From NCBI GenBank assembly GCA_945865625.1, contig CAMBFD010000001.1, forward strand, positions 34,559-98,558: 64,000 nucleotides of DNA. Reading direction: 5' to 3'. A model generated the notes under the pieces. It had not been told where the DNA came from, searched no databases, and saw only the letters and a list, made by a program, of their open reading frames with translations. Positions 21,304 through 30,927 of this stretch are shown here, piece by piece (positions within the stretch are counted from its first letter, which is position 1; each line of letters begins with the position of its first letter). A program made the position numbers and the translations under genes. This stretch comes from Chitinophaga pinensis (GTDB taxonomy: Bacteria > Bacteroidota > Bacteroidia > NS11-12g > UBA955).

Positions 21304-24291
21304 ATGAGAAAATCTCTGTTTTTCATTTTATTTGTCATTTCTTTCAGGTTAAGCGCACAGCAACATGGAGTTTATCAATACCCGCAAATATATTTTGACC
21401 GTGGGGTAGAATTGTACGAGGAAGGCCGTTTCAATGCCGCTATTTCTCAATTTGATCAATATTTTAGGTCGGTAAGTTCAACCTCGGTCAATACTGATGC
21501 TTCATTTTATTATTCAATGAGTAAATTGAAGGCTGAGCACGAAGATGCCGTTGCAACGGTTGAAAGTTATTTAGATCAAAATCCCAATTCGGTAAAACGA
21601 CCATTGGCGAATTTAGCATTGGGCGATTATTTTTATAAGAAAGAAAAGTATTCTCCGGCTTTAAGCTATTTTAGAAATGTAGATCTAGGTGGTGTTTCTT
21701 TGGAATTGAGAGATCAATTTTTATTTAGAAAAGGATTTTGCCTTGTTTTTACAAAAAAATACAAAGAGGCAAAGGAAACATTGGAGCCAGTGACAAAAAA
21801 CGGTGGTCAGCTCCAAAGTTTATCGAAATATTACTATGGTTATGCTTGCTTAATTGAGAAAGATTATGAAAGTGCATTGATTGCATTTCAATCTATTAAA
21901 GATAAAAAGTTAGAAAAAGTTCGATTTTATATTGCACAGGTGTATTATCAACTTTCGAAATACGATGAAGCAATTTCAGAACTGAATCAAATTCAACCGA
22001 GTTCTAAAATTTCCGTAAAGGAAATTGAATGGCTAAAAGGAAAATGCTTTTTCAGAAAGAAAAACTATGAACAAGCCTCTTTAGCATTTGAGAAATCGCA
22101 AATGAAAGCTGATAAAATGATTGCAGAAGAGCAATTTGAAGTTGGCTATGCTTTTGCAAAATCGAATGACTATAACTCAAGTTTAAGTTGGTTCCGACTG
22201 ATTGCTAAAAACAACGATAGTTTAGCTCAGATTGCAAGCTTTGAATTGGGGAATTCTCTGTTGAAGCTCAAAAACATGAGAGAAGCAATGAATGCCTATT
22301 CTGAGGTTTGGAGAACTGGATTTAATGAGGAAATTGCGGAAGTTGCTTTGTTTACACAAGCAAAATTAGCAGTTCAATTAGGCGAATCAAATAGTACAAC
22401 CCTTTTAGATAAATATATAAAATTATTTCCTAAAACAGCAAATGCAAAAGAAGCCGCTAAATTAAAGGCCCGTTTGCTATTGAATACAGATAAATACAGG
22501 GAGGCTGTTGCAATTTTAGAAGGTATTGAAGACTTAGATGCTCAAACTGAAGAAATTTATCAAAAGGTTACGTTGGCTAGGGGAATGGAACTCTTCAAAA
22601 GCAGAAATTTCGATGCTGCCATTCAATTGTTTGAAAAATGCAACAAGAAAACTGTAAATAAACAATATGCAGCAGAAGCCACTTATTGGCTGGCAGAAGC
22701 CTATATGCAACAAGGCAAATCTGATCAAGCTCAAGTTGCCTATAAGTCGTTTTTAGATATGCCAAACTCAAATAAAATTGACGTCTTCCCTTATGCTTAT
22801 TACGGTTTAGGGTATCTTCAGTTTCTTAAAAAATCTTATGGTGATGCAGCGATTTATTTCAATGAATTTACAACAAAAGTAACTGGATTACGCTACGATG
22901 AACGGTTGGTTCATGATGCCTATCTTAGATTGGGTGATTGTTATATAATGACCCGACAACTGGAAAATTCAGTCAAAGCATATGCGTATGTGTCTGGTAA
23001 AAATGGTGCTGATGCCGATTATGCATTATACCAAAGTGGTATCATTTATGGTTTGCTGGAGAAGTCAGATGAGAAAATTGGTGCCCTCAAACGATTGAAT
23101 AAAAACTATTCTAAATCTAGGTTTACAATAGACGCATATAACGACATTGCTTCAGAATATATGCAAATGAAACGGTTTAAAGATGCCGAAGAGTATTATC
23201 AAAAAATCTTGCGTGAATTCCCTGGCAGCCAATTAACTGCTAAAGCTTACTCAACTTTGGGAAAAATTTACTTCAACGAAAAGAAAATAGATTTATCGAT
23301 TAACGCATATACCCAATTGTACGATAATTTCCAAGGTACAAATGAAGCAAAATCGGCTGCGGAAATGGTGAAAACCATATACACAGATGCCGGAAGGGCA
23401 AAAGATTATGTAAAATGGGCGGCTACTAGAGGTGGGTTGTCTAAAATGGAAGAAGATAGCTTAATGTACGAAACCGCTATGAATGCCTATGAACGCTCTG
23501 ATTTTGAGGTTGCTGTAAAAAGCTTTGATAGCTATTTGCAAGAAATGCAAAATGGAAATTTTGTAATTTCTGCCCACTATTATAAAGCCTTAACACATGA
23601 ATCATTGAAGCAACCCCAAAAAGCAATTGAATCATACCAATTTGTGGCAAAAGCAAATTCTGGTGAATTCAAAGAGGATGCTACTTTGTCGGTGCTCAGA
23701 ATTTATGGCAACAATGCCACTTGTGATGAAATTTTACCATATGTGGAAATTCTTGAACAAATTACCAAATCAAAAGACATTCAACGCAGAGCATGGAAGT
23801 CTTTGATGTATTGCTATTCAAAGTCTAATAATTCTGAGGGACTTAAAGCCGTAGCAACCAAAGTTATGGATGATAATTCATCAGACGAAGACATGAAATT
23901 TGAGTCGAAAATGATCTTGGCGAAAGCGGATATTGCAAGTGGCGACAGACCAAAGGCGTTTGCATCATTAAAAGCCATTTATGATGCAAATACCAATCGT
24001 TTTGCGGCAGAGGCAAAGTACCTAGAATCTGAACTTTATTTGATGATTGATAGCATTGAAGCTTGTAAAAATGGATGTTATTCAGTGCTTGATTTATTTA
24101 ATGGGTATGATTTATGGGTTGGTAAATCCTTATTATTACTCGGAGATGCCTTTGCCAAAGAGAATGATATGTTCAATGCAAAAGTTACATGGAATACAAT
24201 CATTGAAAGCTTCGCAGATAAAGCCCTATTGGCGGAAGCAAAAAAGCGTATCAAAGATAATCAGTTAGATGTGCCGGAAAAGAAAAAGTAA
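21304..24291 (+). CDS. Large secreted tetratricopeptide-repeat (TPR) protein
   Basis: Start trimmed to MRKSLFFILFVISFRLSAQQ (signal peptide). Numerous TPR-like W-LG-Y / A-F-P spaced helices across ~1000 aa. Confidence 0.7.
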   Translation: MRKSLFFILFVISFRLSAQQHGVYQYPQIYFDRGVELYEEGRFNAAISQFDQYFRSVSSTSVNTDASFYYSMSKLKAEHEDAVATVESYLDQNPNSVKRPLANLALGDYFYKKEKYSPALSYFRNVDLGGVSLELRDQFLFRKGFCLVFTKKYKEAKETLEPVTKNGGQLQSLSKYYYGYACLIEKDYESALIAFQSIKDKKLEKVRFYIAQVYYQLSKYDEAISELNQIQPSSKISVKEIEWLKGKCFFRKKNYEQASLAFEKSQMKADKMIAEEQFEVGYAFAKSNDYNSSLSWFRLIAKNNDSLAQIASFELGNSLLKLKNMREAMNAYSEVWRTGFNEEIAEVALFTQAKLAVQLGESNSTTLLDKYIKLFPKTANAKEAAKLKARLLLNTDKYREAVAILEGIEDLDAQTEEIYQKVTLARGMELFKSRNFDAAIQLFEKCNKKTVNKQYAAEATYWLAEAYMQQGKSDQAQVAYKSFLDMPNSNKIDVFPYAYYGLGYLQFLKKSYGDAAIYFNEFTTKVTGLRYDERLVHDAYLRLGDCYIMTRQLENSVKAYAYVSGKNGADADYALYQSGIIYGLLEKSDEKIGALKRLNKNYSKSRFTIDAYNDIASEYMQMKRFKDAEEYYQKILREFPGSQLTAKAYSTLGKIYFNEKKIDLSINAYTQLYDNFQGTNEAKSAAEMVKTIYTDAGRAKDYVKWAATRGGLSKMEEDSLMYETAMNAYERSDFEVAVKSFDSYLQEMQNGNFVISAHYYKALTHESLKQPQKAIESYQFVAKANSGEFKEDATLSVLRIYGNNATCDEILPYVEILEQITKSKDIQRRAWKSLMYCYSKSNNSEGLKAVATKVMDDNSSDEDMKFESKMILAKADIASGDRPKAFASLKAIYDANTNRFAAEAKYLESELYLMIDSIEACKNGCYSVLDLFNGYDLWVGKSLLLLGDAFAKENDMFNAKVTWNTIIESFADKALLAEAKKRIKDNQLDVPEKKK

Positions 24292-24317
24292 GTAGTTATT
24301 GTTTCATAGTTGTTATT

Positions 24318-24350
24318 GGGGCGAAAAGGTAGTTTTTTTTCGCCCTTCTT
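24318..24350 (+). terminator. Rho-independent terminator after the TPR gene
   Basis: GGGCGAAAA-GGTAG-TTTTTTTTCGCCC hairpin followed by TTCTT. Confidence 0.6.
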
Positions 24351-24360
24351 ATTTATTCTG

Positions 24361-24625
24361 GATTATCTGTTTATTGGTACTCGGAGTTCACTAAACCTCA
24401 TAAAACTATTTAATGTTTAGCGTTTAGCGTTTAATGTTTAGCGTTTAATGTTTAGCGTTTAATGTTTAGCGTTTAATGTAATTTACCTGTTTACTGGTAC
24501 TTGGAGTTCACTAAACCTCCTAAACCTATTTAAAGTTTAGCGTTTAATGTTTAATGTTTAAAGTAATACTGGTACTCGGAGTTCACTAAACCTCCTAAGA
24601 GTTTATAGTAATAATGCCAAAATAG
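24361..24625. repeat. Composite tandem-repeat array: three copies of a ~34-bp block interleaved with GTTTAGCGTTTAAT tandem units
   Basis: Blocks CTGTTTATTGGTACTCGGAGTTCACTAAACCTC at 24367-24400, 24486-24520 and 24571-24600. 14-bp tandem run at 24415-24478 (about 4.5 copies) and a shorter run at 24535-24560. TATAAACC dyad at ~24630-24648. Confidence 0.75.
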
Positions 24626-24648
24626 AACCTTTATAAACCCTTATAAAC

Positions 24649-24685
24649 AAAAAAAAAGGTGCAAATTTCTTTGCACCTTTTTTTG
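24649..24685. terminator. Bidirectional Rho-independent terminator (serves the minus-strand gene 24698-25603)
   Basis: AAAAAAAAA-GGTGCAAA-TTTC-TTTGCACC-TTTTTTT. Confidence 0.6.
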
Positions 24686-24697
24686 TTTAAATTTTGT

Positions 24698-25603
24698 TTA
24701 TTTCAAATCAATTACAGATGATCCCAATAAATAACCTTCTGTAAATAATTCAATCGTGTATTTACCTTTAGTCAATTTATTTGTAGGCTTCCATACTGTT
24801 GCTGGAACTTGTTTACTATCTTTTTCGTAAACCACAGTTGTTTTATAAGAATACTTTGTTGATTTACCATCTAGTAAATCAGCAATTCCACCGTCACCAC
24901 TATTTAAAGTAATTCCTTCTGGTCCAGTGATTTTAACGAATATTGATCTTTCTCCGGCCTCAGCTATTTTATTTTCAGCTAAATTAAAACTGATTCTCAA
25001 TGCTTCAACGTCTTTTGCGCGATTGGTATTGGTTTCTTTTCGAGTAATCCATTGTTTCTTCAAAGTTTCAACTCTGATTTCACTACTTTGAATTCTGGAT
25101 GCTAAATTTTTCATACGTTTACCTTCTTTCGAAAGAACATTGTTTTGCGTATTTAACTCAGCATTTTCTTTATTTAGGTTTTCATTTTTCTCTTTCAATT
25201 CAATATTCTCTGTTTCAAGTGCTGCAAGTCTTTTTGCCATATCGGCAAGTTTTAACTGCAGTTCAGCCATTATTGCTTTACTATTTGTACCCGATTTGCG
25301 TAACTCAAAAGTTAAACGTGCAATTTCATTGTTTTTAGCTGCCAGTTCTCTTGATACTGATTTGTTGGCTTCAGACATTGTTACACTGTCGGATTTGTAT
25401 TGAGATATCATGGCATCTGCGGCAGCGATCATGGATTCCTTTTGTTTAATTGTTGCACCCAGAGCACTATTTACATTCGTTAATTCATCTCTTTTTGAAT
25501 TGCCCGATTGCCATAAATAAAAAAGTCCAATGTTAAACAACAATAAAATTGCGATAATGGCATACAATATTGATTTGTTGTTGCGATCTTGTTGATTTTG
25601 CAT
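24698..25603 (-). CDS. Membrane-anchored coiled-coil protein (hypothetical)
   Basis: 301 aa. N-terminal TM helix ILYAIIAILLLFNIGLFYLW followed by ~200 aa of heptad-rich E/K/L/N sequence. Confidence 0.5.
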   Translation of the reverse strand: MQNQQDRNNKSILYAIIAILLLFNIGLFYLWQSGNSKRDELTNVNSALGATIKQKESMIAAADAMISQYKSDSVTMSEANKSVSRELAAKNNEIARLTFELRKSGTNSKAIMAELQLKLADMAKRLAALETENIELKEKNENLNKENAELNTQNNVLSKEGKRMKNLASRIQSSEIRVETLKKQWITRKETNTNRAKDVEALRISFNLAENKIAEAGERSIFVKITGPEGITLNSGDGGIADLLDGKSTKYSYKTTVVYEKDSKQVPATVWKPTNKLTKGKYTIELFTEGYLLGSSVIDLK

Positions 25604-25670
25604 AGTAAATTAGTTTAGTTTGTTTAAATCGTTATTAAAATAACGTAAATTTACAGACTTTATTTGAAAA

Positions 25671-26216
25671 ATGCAAATTGAATCATTACTACCAGGATTA
25701 TTTTTAATTAAACCTAAAGTTTTCGAAGATCACAGAGGACATTTTTTTGAAAGTTTTAGGGAAGATGTTTTAGCCCAAAATGGGGTTGAAACAAAATTCA
25801 TTCAAGACAATCAAAGCCTTTCTCAAAAAGGAATTTTGCGTGGTTTACATTTTCAAGCGCCACCTTTTGCGCAAGGTAAATTGGTGCGTGTCATTCAAGG
25901 TGCAGTACTCGATGTTGCAGTTGATATTCGTAAAAATTCACCAACATTTGGACAACATGTGGCAATCGAATTGTCTGAATCAAATTTTTTGATGATGTAC
26001 ATTCCTGTTGGATTTGCTCATGGATTTTTAACGCTTCAAGACAATACCATTTTTACTTATAAATGCACCGATTATTATCATCCCGAAGTTGAAGGTGGAA
26101 TTTTATGGAATTCGCCAGATTTAAATATACCCTGGAAGATCGAAACCCCAATCCTTTCCGCTAAAGATGAAAAATTGCCGACATTCAAATCATTTAATTC
26201 TCCTTTCGAATTCTAA
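25671..26216 (+). CDS. rfbC: dTDP-4-dehydrorhamnose 3,5-epimerase
   Basis: 181 aa. Cupin motifs FEDHRGHFFE and RGLHFQ. Confidence 0.85.
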   Translation: MQIESLLPGLFLIKPKVFEDHRGHFFESFREDVLAQNGVETKFIQDNQSLSQKGILRGLHFQAPPFAQGKLVRVIQGAVLDVAVDIRKNSPTFGQHVAIELSESNFLMMYIPVGFAHGFLTLQDNTIFTYKCTDYYHPEVEGGILWNSPDLNIPWKIETPILSAKDEKLPTFKSFNSPFEF

Positions 26217-26219
26217 ACG

Positions 26220-26555
26220 ATGAACGATTTAACCATATCTCAGTTGCAAACAGATGTTGATCAATGGATTAAAACCATTGGTGTGAAATATTTTTCAGAG
26301 TTAACCAACATGACAATTTTAACTGAAGAAGTTGGTGAACTTGCTAGAATCATGGCTCGGAAATATGGAGATCAATCTTTTAAAGTCAATGAATCTGATG
26401 CCAATCTTGCCGATGAAATGGCAGATATCATTTGGGTCCTGGTTTGTTTGGCCAATCAAACCGGTGTCGATTTAACCAAAGCAATTCAAGAAAATATTGA
26501 AAAGAAATCGGTTCGCGATGCAACACGACACTTAAATAATGAAAAATTGAGATAA
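26220..26555 (+). CDS. MazG-like nucleotide pyrophosphohydrolase (small single-domain form)
   Basis: 111 aa. EEVGELARIM and DEMADIIWVL helices typical of the MazG/NTP-PPase all-alpha fold. Confidence 0.65.
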   Translation: MNDLTISQLQTDVDQWIKTIGVKYFSELTNMTILTEEVGELARIMARKYGDQSFKVNESDANLADEMADIIWVLVCLANQTGVDLTKAIQENIEKKSVRDATRHLNNEKLR

Positions 26556-26608
26556 TTGGTGGGTTAAAAAAACAATCTGCCATTATTTTTTGTTAATTTT
26601 GTAAAACT

Positions 26609-27616
26609 TTGTCTGACCAATCGTTACACGCTCGAAAATTAGACCACATTCAGTTGGCTTTTCAATCTCAGCTTGCTGAACAAGATTCTCGTTTTTATTA
26701 CGAACCCTTATTTTCACCTTCGCCAATCACTGGCTGCATTCCTCCTTTGCAATTGGCTGGTAAAGTGTTGCGCTTCCCTTTGTGGATTAGCAGCATGACA
26801 GGCGGTGCGGAATTGGCAGGGGAAATCAATAAAAACTTGGCAATTGCTTGCAGAGAATTTGGTTTGGGAATGGGCCTTGGCTCTTGCCGACCGGTACTCG
26901 TAGATCCAGTGAATGCAAAAGATTTTGCTGTGCGCAAATTCATAGGCAATCAACCGCTATACGCCAACCTTGGAATTGCTCAAATTGAAGAATTGCTTCA
27001 AACAAATGATGAACAGAAAATTGCAGATTTGGTTGATCGGTTAGAGGCTGATGGACTTATCATCCATGTCAATCCATTGCAAGAATGGTTTCAACCCGAA
27101 GGCGATCAGTATAAAAACGCTCCTATCGATACCATAAAAAGGGTTTTGGATAAATTCCATTTTCCAATTATGGTGAAAGAGGTTGGTCAAGGATTTGGTC
27201 CTAAGTCCCTCAAAGAATTGATGAGACTTCCTTTAGAAGCAGTTGATTTTGGTGCTTTTGGAGGGACAAATTTTAGCGTTTTGGAAAACTTACGTCGCTC
27301 AGACGTAAGAACTGAATCTTGGAAATGTGCAACCCACTTAGGACATACTGCGGAGGAAATGGCGCACTGGGTTTGTGATTGGCTAAATGCCGATGAAGAA
27401 GTATTTAAATCGAAATCCATTATTGTTTCAGGTGGCATTAAAAACTTTTTGGATGGATATTATTTCTTGAAAAAAATCCCTCATAAAACAATGTATGCTC
27501 ATGCTTCATTGTTCTTAAAATATGCCCTTTTGGGAGAACAAGAACTACTCGCTTTTGTAGAAAGCCAAGTTCAGGGACTTGAAATGGCGCAAACCTATTT
27601 AACATTAAAAAAATGA
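26609..27616 (+). CDS. fni: Type 2 isopentenyl-diphosphate delta-isomerase (FMN-dependent)
   Basis: 335 aa. N-terminal RKLDHI motif and TIM-barrel Gly-rich segments (ISSMTGG, GVGG-like). Position at the head of the mevalonate operon. Confidence 0.7.
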   Translation: MSDQSLHARKLDHIQLAFQSQLAEQDSRFYYEPLFSPSPITGCIPPLQLAGKVLRFPLWISSMTGGAELAGEINKNLAIACREFGLGMGLGSCRPVLVDPVNAKDFAVRKFIGNQPLYANLGIAQIEELLQTNDEQKIADLVDRLEADGLIIHVNPLQEWFQPEGDQYKNAPIDTIKRVLDKFHFPIMVKEVGQGFGPKSLKELMRLPLEAVDFGAFGGTNFSVLENLRRSDVRTESWKCATHLGHTAEEMAHWVCDWLNADEEVFKSKSIIVSGGIKNFLDGYYFLKKIPHKTMYAHASLFLKYALLGEQELLAFVESQVQGLEMAQTYLTLKK

Positions 27617-28962
27617 TGAAAACCCAACCTGTGAAAGGATTTAGTAAATTAAGCAAGGAAGCGAAAATTGAGTGGTTAATTCAAAACTTTACCAATCAAC
27701 CAGATGAAACCATGCAAATGCTCACTGGTTATTGGCATGGGCAGCCCGAAGTTCAAAAGCTTCATGATGAATTTATTGAAAATACAATTAGTAATTTTTA
27801 CATGCCTTTTGGTGTCGCGCCAAACTTTCTAATCAACCAAAAAATGTATGCCATTCCTATGGCAATAGAAGAAAGTAGTGTCGTTGCTGCCGCTTCTAAA
27901 TCTGCTAACTTTTGGCTAGATAGAGGTGGTTTCAAATCAGAAGTCATTGGTATGGTTAAAGTTGGGCATGTTCATTTTTTATGGGAAGGAAATGAAATTG
28001 AGTGGATGTTTGATTTGTTTGAAAGCCATAAAAATTTGTTTTACGATCATACAAATGACATCACAAAGAATATGCGACTCCGTGGAGGAGGCATTTTGGA
28101 CTTGAATCTGATTGATAAAACTGAATTTGAACCGGGTTATTTTCAAATTGAAGTCAAATTTGATACCCGCGATAGTATGGGTGCAAATTTTATCAATAGT
28201 TGCCTTGAAGAAATTGCAAAAACTTGGAGAAATTTGATTGAAGAGAGTAAATCGAAAATTCAACCAGATGTAATCATTGTGATGAGCATTCTCAGTAATT
28301 TCACACCGGAATGTTTGGTTAAAGCCGAGGTTTCTTGTAAAATTGACGATATTAATGAAGGTTCGGGGATTGGGAATCTTGAGTTTGCTGAGAAATTCTG
28401 CAGGGCCATTAGAATTGCCACAGTTGAACCATATAGAGCTGTTACGCACAATAAGGGTATCATGAATGGAATTGATGCCGTGATTATGGCAACCGGTAAT
28501 GATTTTCGTGCAACTGAGGCATGTGCTCATGCTTATGCCGCAAAAAATGGAAAATATACGAGTTTGTCGCACGCTGCAATTGATGGCGATACTTTTAATT
28601 TTTGGATCGAATTGCCCATTTCAATTGGCACAGTTGGTGGAATTACCAACTTACATCCAATGGTTAAGTTCGCACATGAACTTCTTGGTTATCCCGGTGC
28701 CTCAGATTTAATGGAAATTGTTGCTGTTGCAGGATTGGCGCAAAATTTTAGCGCGGTGAGATCTTTAATTACTTCAGGAATTCAAAAAGGACACATGAAA
28801 ATGCACCTTTTGAACATTTTAAATCAATTAGAAGCGACCGATGCCGAAAAGATTGAAATTGTAAGCTATTTTAAAGATAAAGTGGTGAGCTTCAGTTCTG
28901 CTGTTGAAGTTTTCTGTAAACTTCGCGGAATTCCAGTAGAATCTTTGTCGAAATCTAAATAA
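27613..28962 (+). CDS. Hydroxymethylglutaryl-CoA reductase
   Basis: 449 aa. Motifs DSMGANFINS (DAMGxN), GTVGG and the ENxIG-like region. 4-nt overlap with fni. Confidence 0.8.
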   Translation: MMKTQPVKGFSKLSKEAKIEWLIQNFTNQPDETMQMLTGYWHGQPEVQKLHDEFIENTISNFYMPFGVAPNFLINQKMYAIPMAIEESSVVAAASKSANFWLDRGGFKSEVIGMVKVGHVHFLWEGNEIEWMFDLFESHKNLFYDHTNDITKNMRLRGGGILDLNLIDKTEFEPGYFQIEVKFDTRDSMGANFINSCLEEIAKTWRNLIEESKSKIQPDVIIVMSILSNFTPECLVKAEVSCKIDDINEGSGIGNLEFAEKFCRAIRIATVEPYRAVTHNKGIMNGIDAVIMATGNDFRATEACAHAYAAKNGKYTSLSHAAIDGDTFNFWIELPISIGTVGGITNLHPMVKFAHELLGYPGASDLMEIVAVAGLAQNFSAVRSLITSGIQKGHMKMHLLNILNQLEATDAEKIEIVSYFKDKVVSFSSAVEVFCKLRGIPVESLSKSK

Positions 28963-29897
28963 TGAAATCCTTTTACGCTCCAGGAAAAGTTTTACTGACG
29001 GGTGAATACTTAGTGCTTAATGGATTTGATGCCATTGCCTTACCCACAAATATTGGACAAACTTTGAACACTTGGGAGTTTGATACACCAGGACAACAAG
29101 AAGATTTTATGATTTTTGAAGCTAAAGATCATTTGGGGGACATTTGGCTCACAACCAGATTTTCGCTGCCCAATTTTGAAATTTTAGAAATCGATAAAAA
29201 AGAAAATCTTGAACTCGATAGACTTGCCGGGATTTTCAAAAAAGCAGATCCTGCATTTTGGAAATTAGGAAAATCTTTGCGTTTGGAAACCAATTTGCAA
29301 TTCAATCGCGTTCACGGGTTAGGAAGCAGTAGCACTTTAGTGACATTGCTTTCTGATTATATGAATCTCGATGCATTGCAAGTTCAGTTCGATATATTTA
29401 GCGGTAGCGGCTATGATGTGGCCATTGCTAAAAGTCGTAAACCTTTGGTCTATTGGTTAACTGAAACCGATTCGAATTGGAACTTTTGGTCGTTAAACCC
29501 AGAGCTTACAAAAAATTGGACGATTGTGTTTTACGGTCAAAAAATGGATTCAAGAGCAAGCATTAAAAATGTTCAAGACGCTCTCAATGAAATTGCTGAA
29601 GATGAGTTTTATACAGCGCAAATTGATCATATTCTGAATCTTACTAAATCGGCAAAAGATGTTCTCAGCTTGGAAGCAAGTTTAGAAATGTATCAAAAAA
29701 TATTGTCACAATCTCTTGAATTGCCAACCCCTTACGATGTTTTGGAAATTGAGCCAATTGCTCAAGGACTTTGCAAATGGTTGGGAGCGTGGGGTGGAGA
29801 TATGATTTTAGTTAACGATATAGTGCTAGAAGCTTACAATTCTAAATTTGAAAAATTTGAAAAAGTAGGTTGGAATCAATTGGTAATGAATCAATAA
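28962..29897 (+). CDS. GHMP-family kinase, putative phosphomevalonate kinase (divergent)
   Basis: 311 aa. N-terminal APGKVLLTGEYLVLNG resembles the MVK/PMK N-terminus. Gly/Ser-rich ATP motif HGLGSSST. Sits between HMGR and MVD. Confidence 0.45.
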   Translation: MKSFYAPGKVLLTGEYLVLNGFDAIALPTNIGQTLNTWEFDTPGQQEDFMIFEAKDHLGDIWLTTRFSLPNFEILEIDKKENLELDRLAGIFKKADPAFWKLGKSLRLETNLQFNRVHGLGSSSTLVTLLSDYMNLDALQVQFDIFSGSGYDVAIAKSRKPLVYWLTETDSNWNFWSLNPELTKNWTIVFYGQKMDSRASIKNVQDALNEIAEDEFYTAQIDHILNLTKSAKDVLSLEASLEMYQKILSQSLELPTPYDVLEIEPIAQGLCKWLGAWGGDMILVNDIVLEAYNSKFEKFEKVGWNQLVMNQ

Positions 29898-29898
29898 A

Positions 29899-30927
29899 AT
29901 GCAGAAAGTTGTAAAATATCGTTGTCCAAGCAACATTGCTTTGGTCAAATATTGGGGGAAAAAAGATGGCGGTGTTCAACTGCCAGCCAATGCAAGTATC
30001 AGTTGGTCGTTAAGTGATTTATTCGCCGAAACAACCATGATTGCCACTCCTGCAATTCAAACCCAATTGGAATTCAAATACGATGGGAATCCAAAACCGT
30101 CGTTTGAGCCCAAAATACTTGATTTTTTGAATAGAATTGCACCTTTTAGCGATTTTATAAAGCAACATTCGTTCGAGGTTGACACCATCAATAACTTTCC
30201 TCATGGAACTGGTATTGCCAGTTCTGCTGCCGGGTTTGGTGCGTTAGCGCTTTGCATTGCCGATCTCGAGGGTAAATATGAAGTTGGATCAGATGAATTT
30301 TACCAACGCGCAAGTTTCTTTGCCAGACTGGGCTCTGGAAGTGCCTGCAGAAGTGTATACAGTAAACCCGCAATTTGGGGTGAACACCCAGAGGTTGAAA
30401 ATAGTTCCGATTTATTTGCCGTTCCTTTTGAGGGACAAATTCACGAATCGCTTCAAAACTGGAATGATTGTGTATTGATTGTAGACGATGGCGAGAAAAA
30501 GGTAAGCAGTACAGCTGGTCATTCCTTGTTGAAAAACCACCCTTATGCAGAAGCCCGATTTAAGCAAGCTCAAAAAAACATCGGAAATATTTTGCAATAT
30601 ATGCAAAATGGAAATGTATCTGATTTTATCGCTTTGGTAGAATCTGAAGCTTTGCAATTGCATTCTATGATGATGTCGTCTATTCCATATTTCACCCTCA
30701 TTAGACCAGGTACTTTAGCCATATTGGAGGAAATTTGGACATTTAGAGAAGAAACAAATTTACCTATTGCTTTCACGCTTGACGCAGGCGCAAACGTTCA
30801 TTTGCTCTATTCAAATGAAATAGAGGAGCAAGTCATAAACTTTATTCATAATAAGTTGTTAGTTAACTGTAAAAAAGGTTTGTATCTTTGCAGTAGCATA
30901 GGAGGAAAGCCTCTAAAACTATCTTAA
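29899..30927 (+). CDS. mvaD: Diphosphomevalonate decarboxylase
   Basis: 342 aa. N-terminus PSNIALVKYWGKKD and GHMP motif GTGIASSAAGFGAL. Confidence 0.8.
   Translation: MQKVVKYRCPSNIALVKYWGKKDGGVQLPANASISWSLSDLFAETTMIATPAIQTQLEFKYDGNPKPSFEPKILDFLNRIAPFSDFIKQHSFEVDTINNFPHGTGIASSAAGFGALALCIADLEGKYEVGSDEFYQRASFFARLGSGSACRSVYSKPAIWGEHPEVENSSDLFAVPFEGQIHESLQNWNDCVLIVDDGEKKVSSTAGHSLLKNHPYAEARFKQAQKNIGNILQYMQNGNVSDFIALVESEALQLHSMMMSSIPYFTLIRPGTLAILEEIWTFREETNLPIAFTLDAGANVHLLYSNEIEEQVINFIHNKLLVNCKKGLYLCSSIGGKPLKLS

Noticed and set aside
24415-24560. Possible CRISPR array suggested by the regularly repeated GTTTAGCGTTTAAT units
   Set aside because: The units are only 7-14 bp and directly abut one another, with no unique spacers of 25-40 bp. 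No cas genes are nearby. This is a simple tandem repeat (VNTR/REP-like), not CRISPR.
27979-28572. 197-aa ORF on the minus strand inside the HMG-CoA reductase gene
   Set aside because: Antisense shadow ORF. Composition is dominated by Phe/Ile/Asn from the AT-rich reverse frame. The sense frame has clear HMGR motifs.
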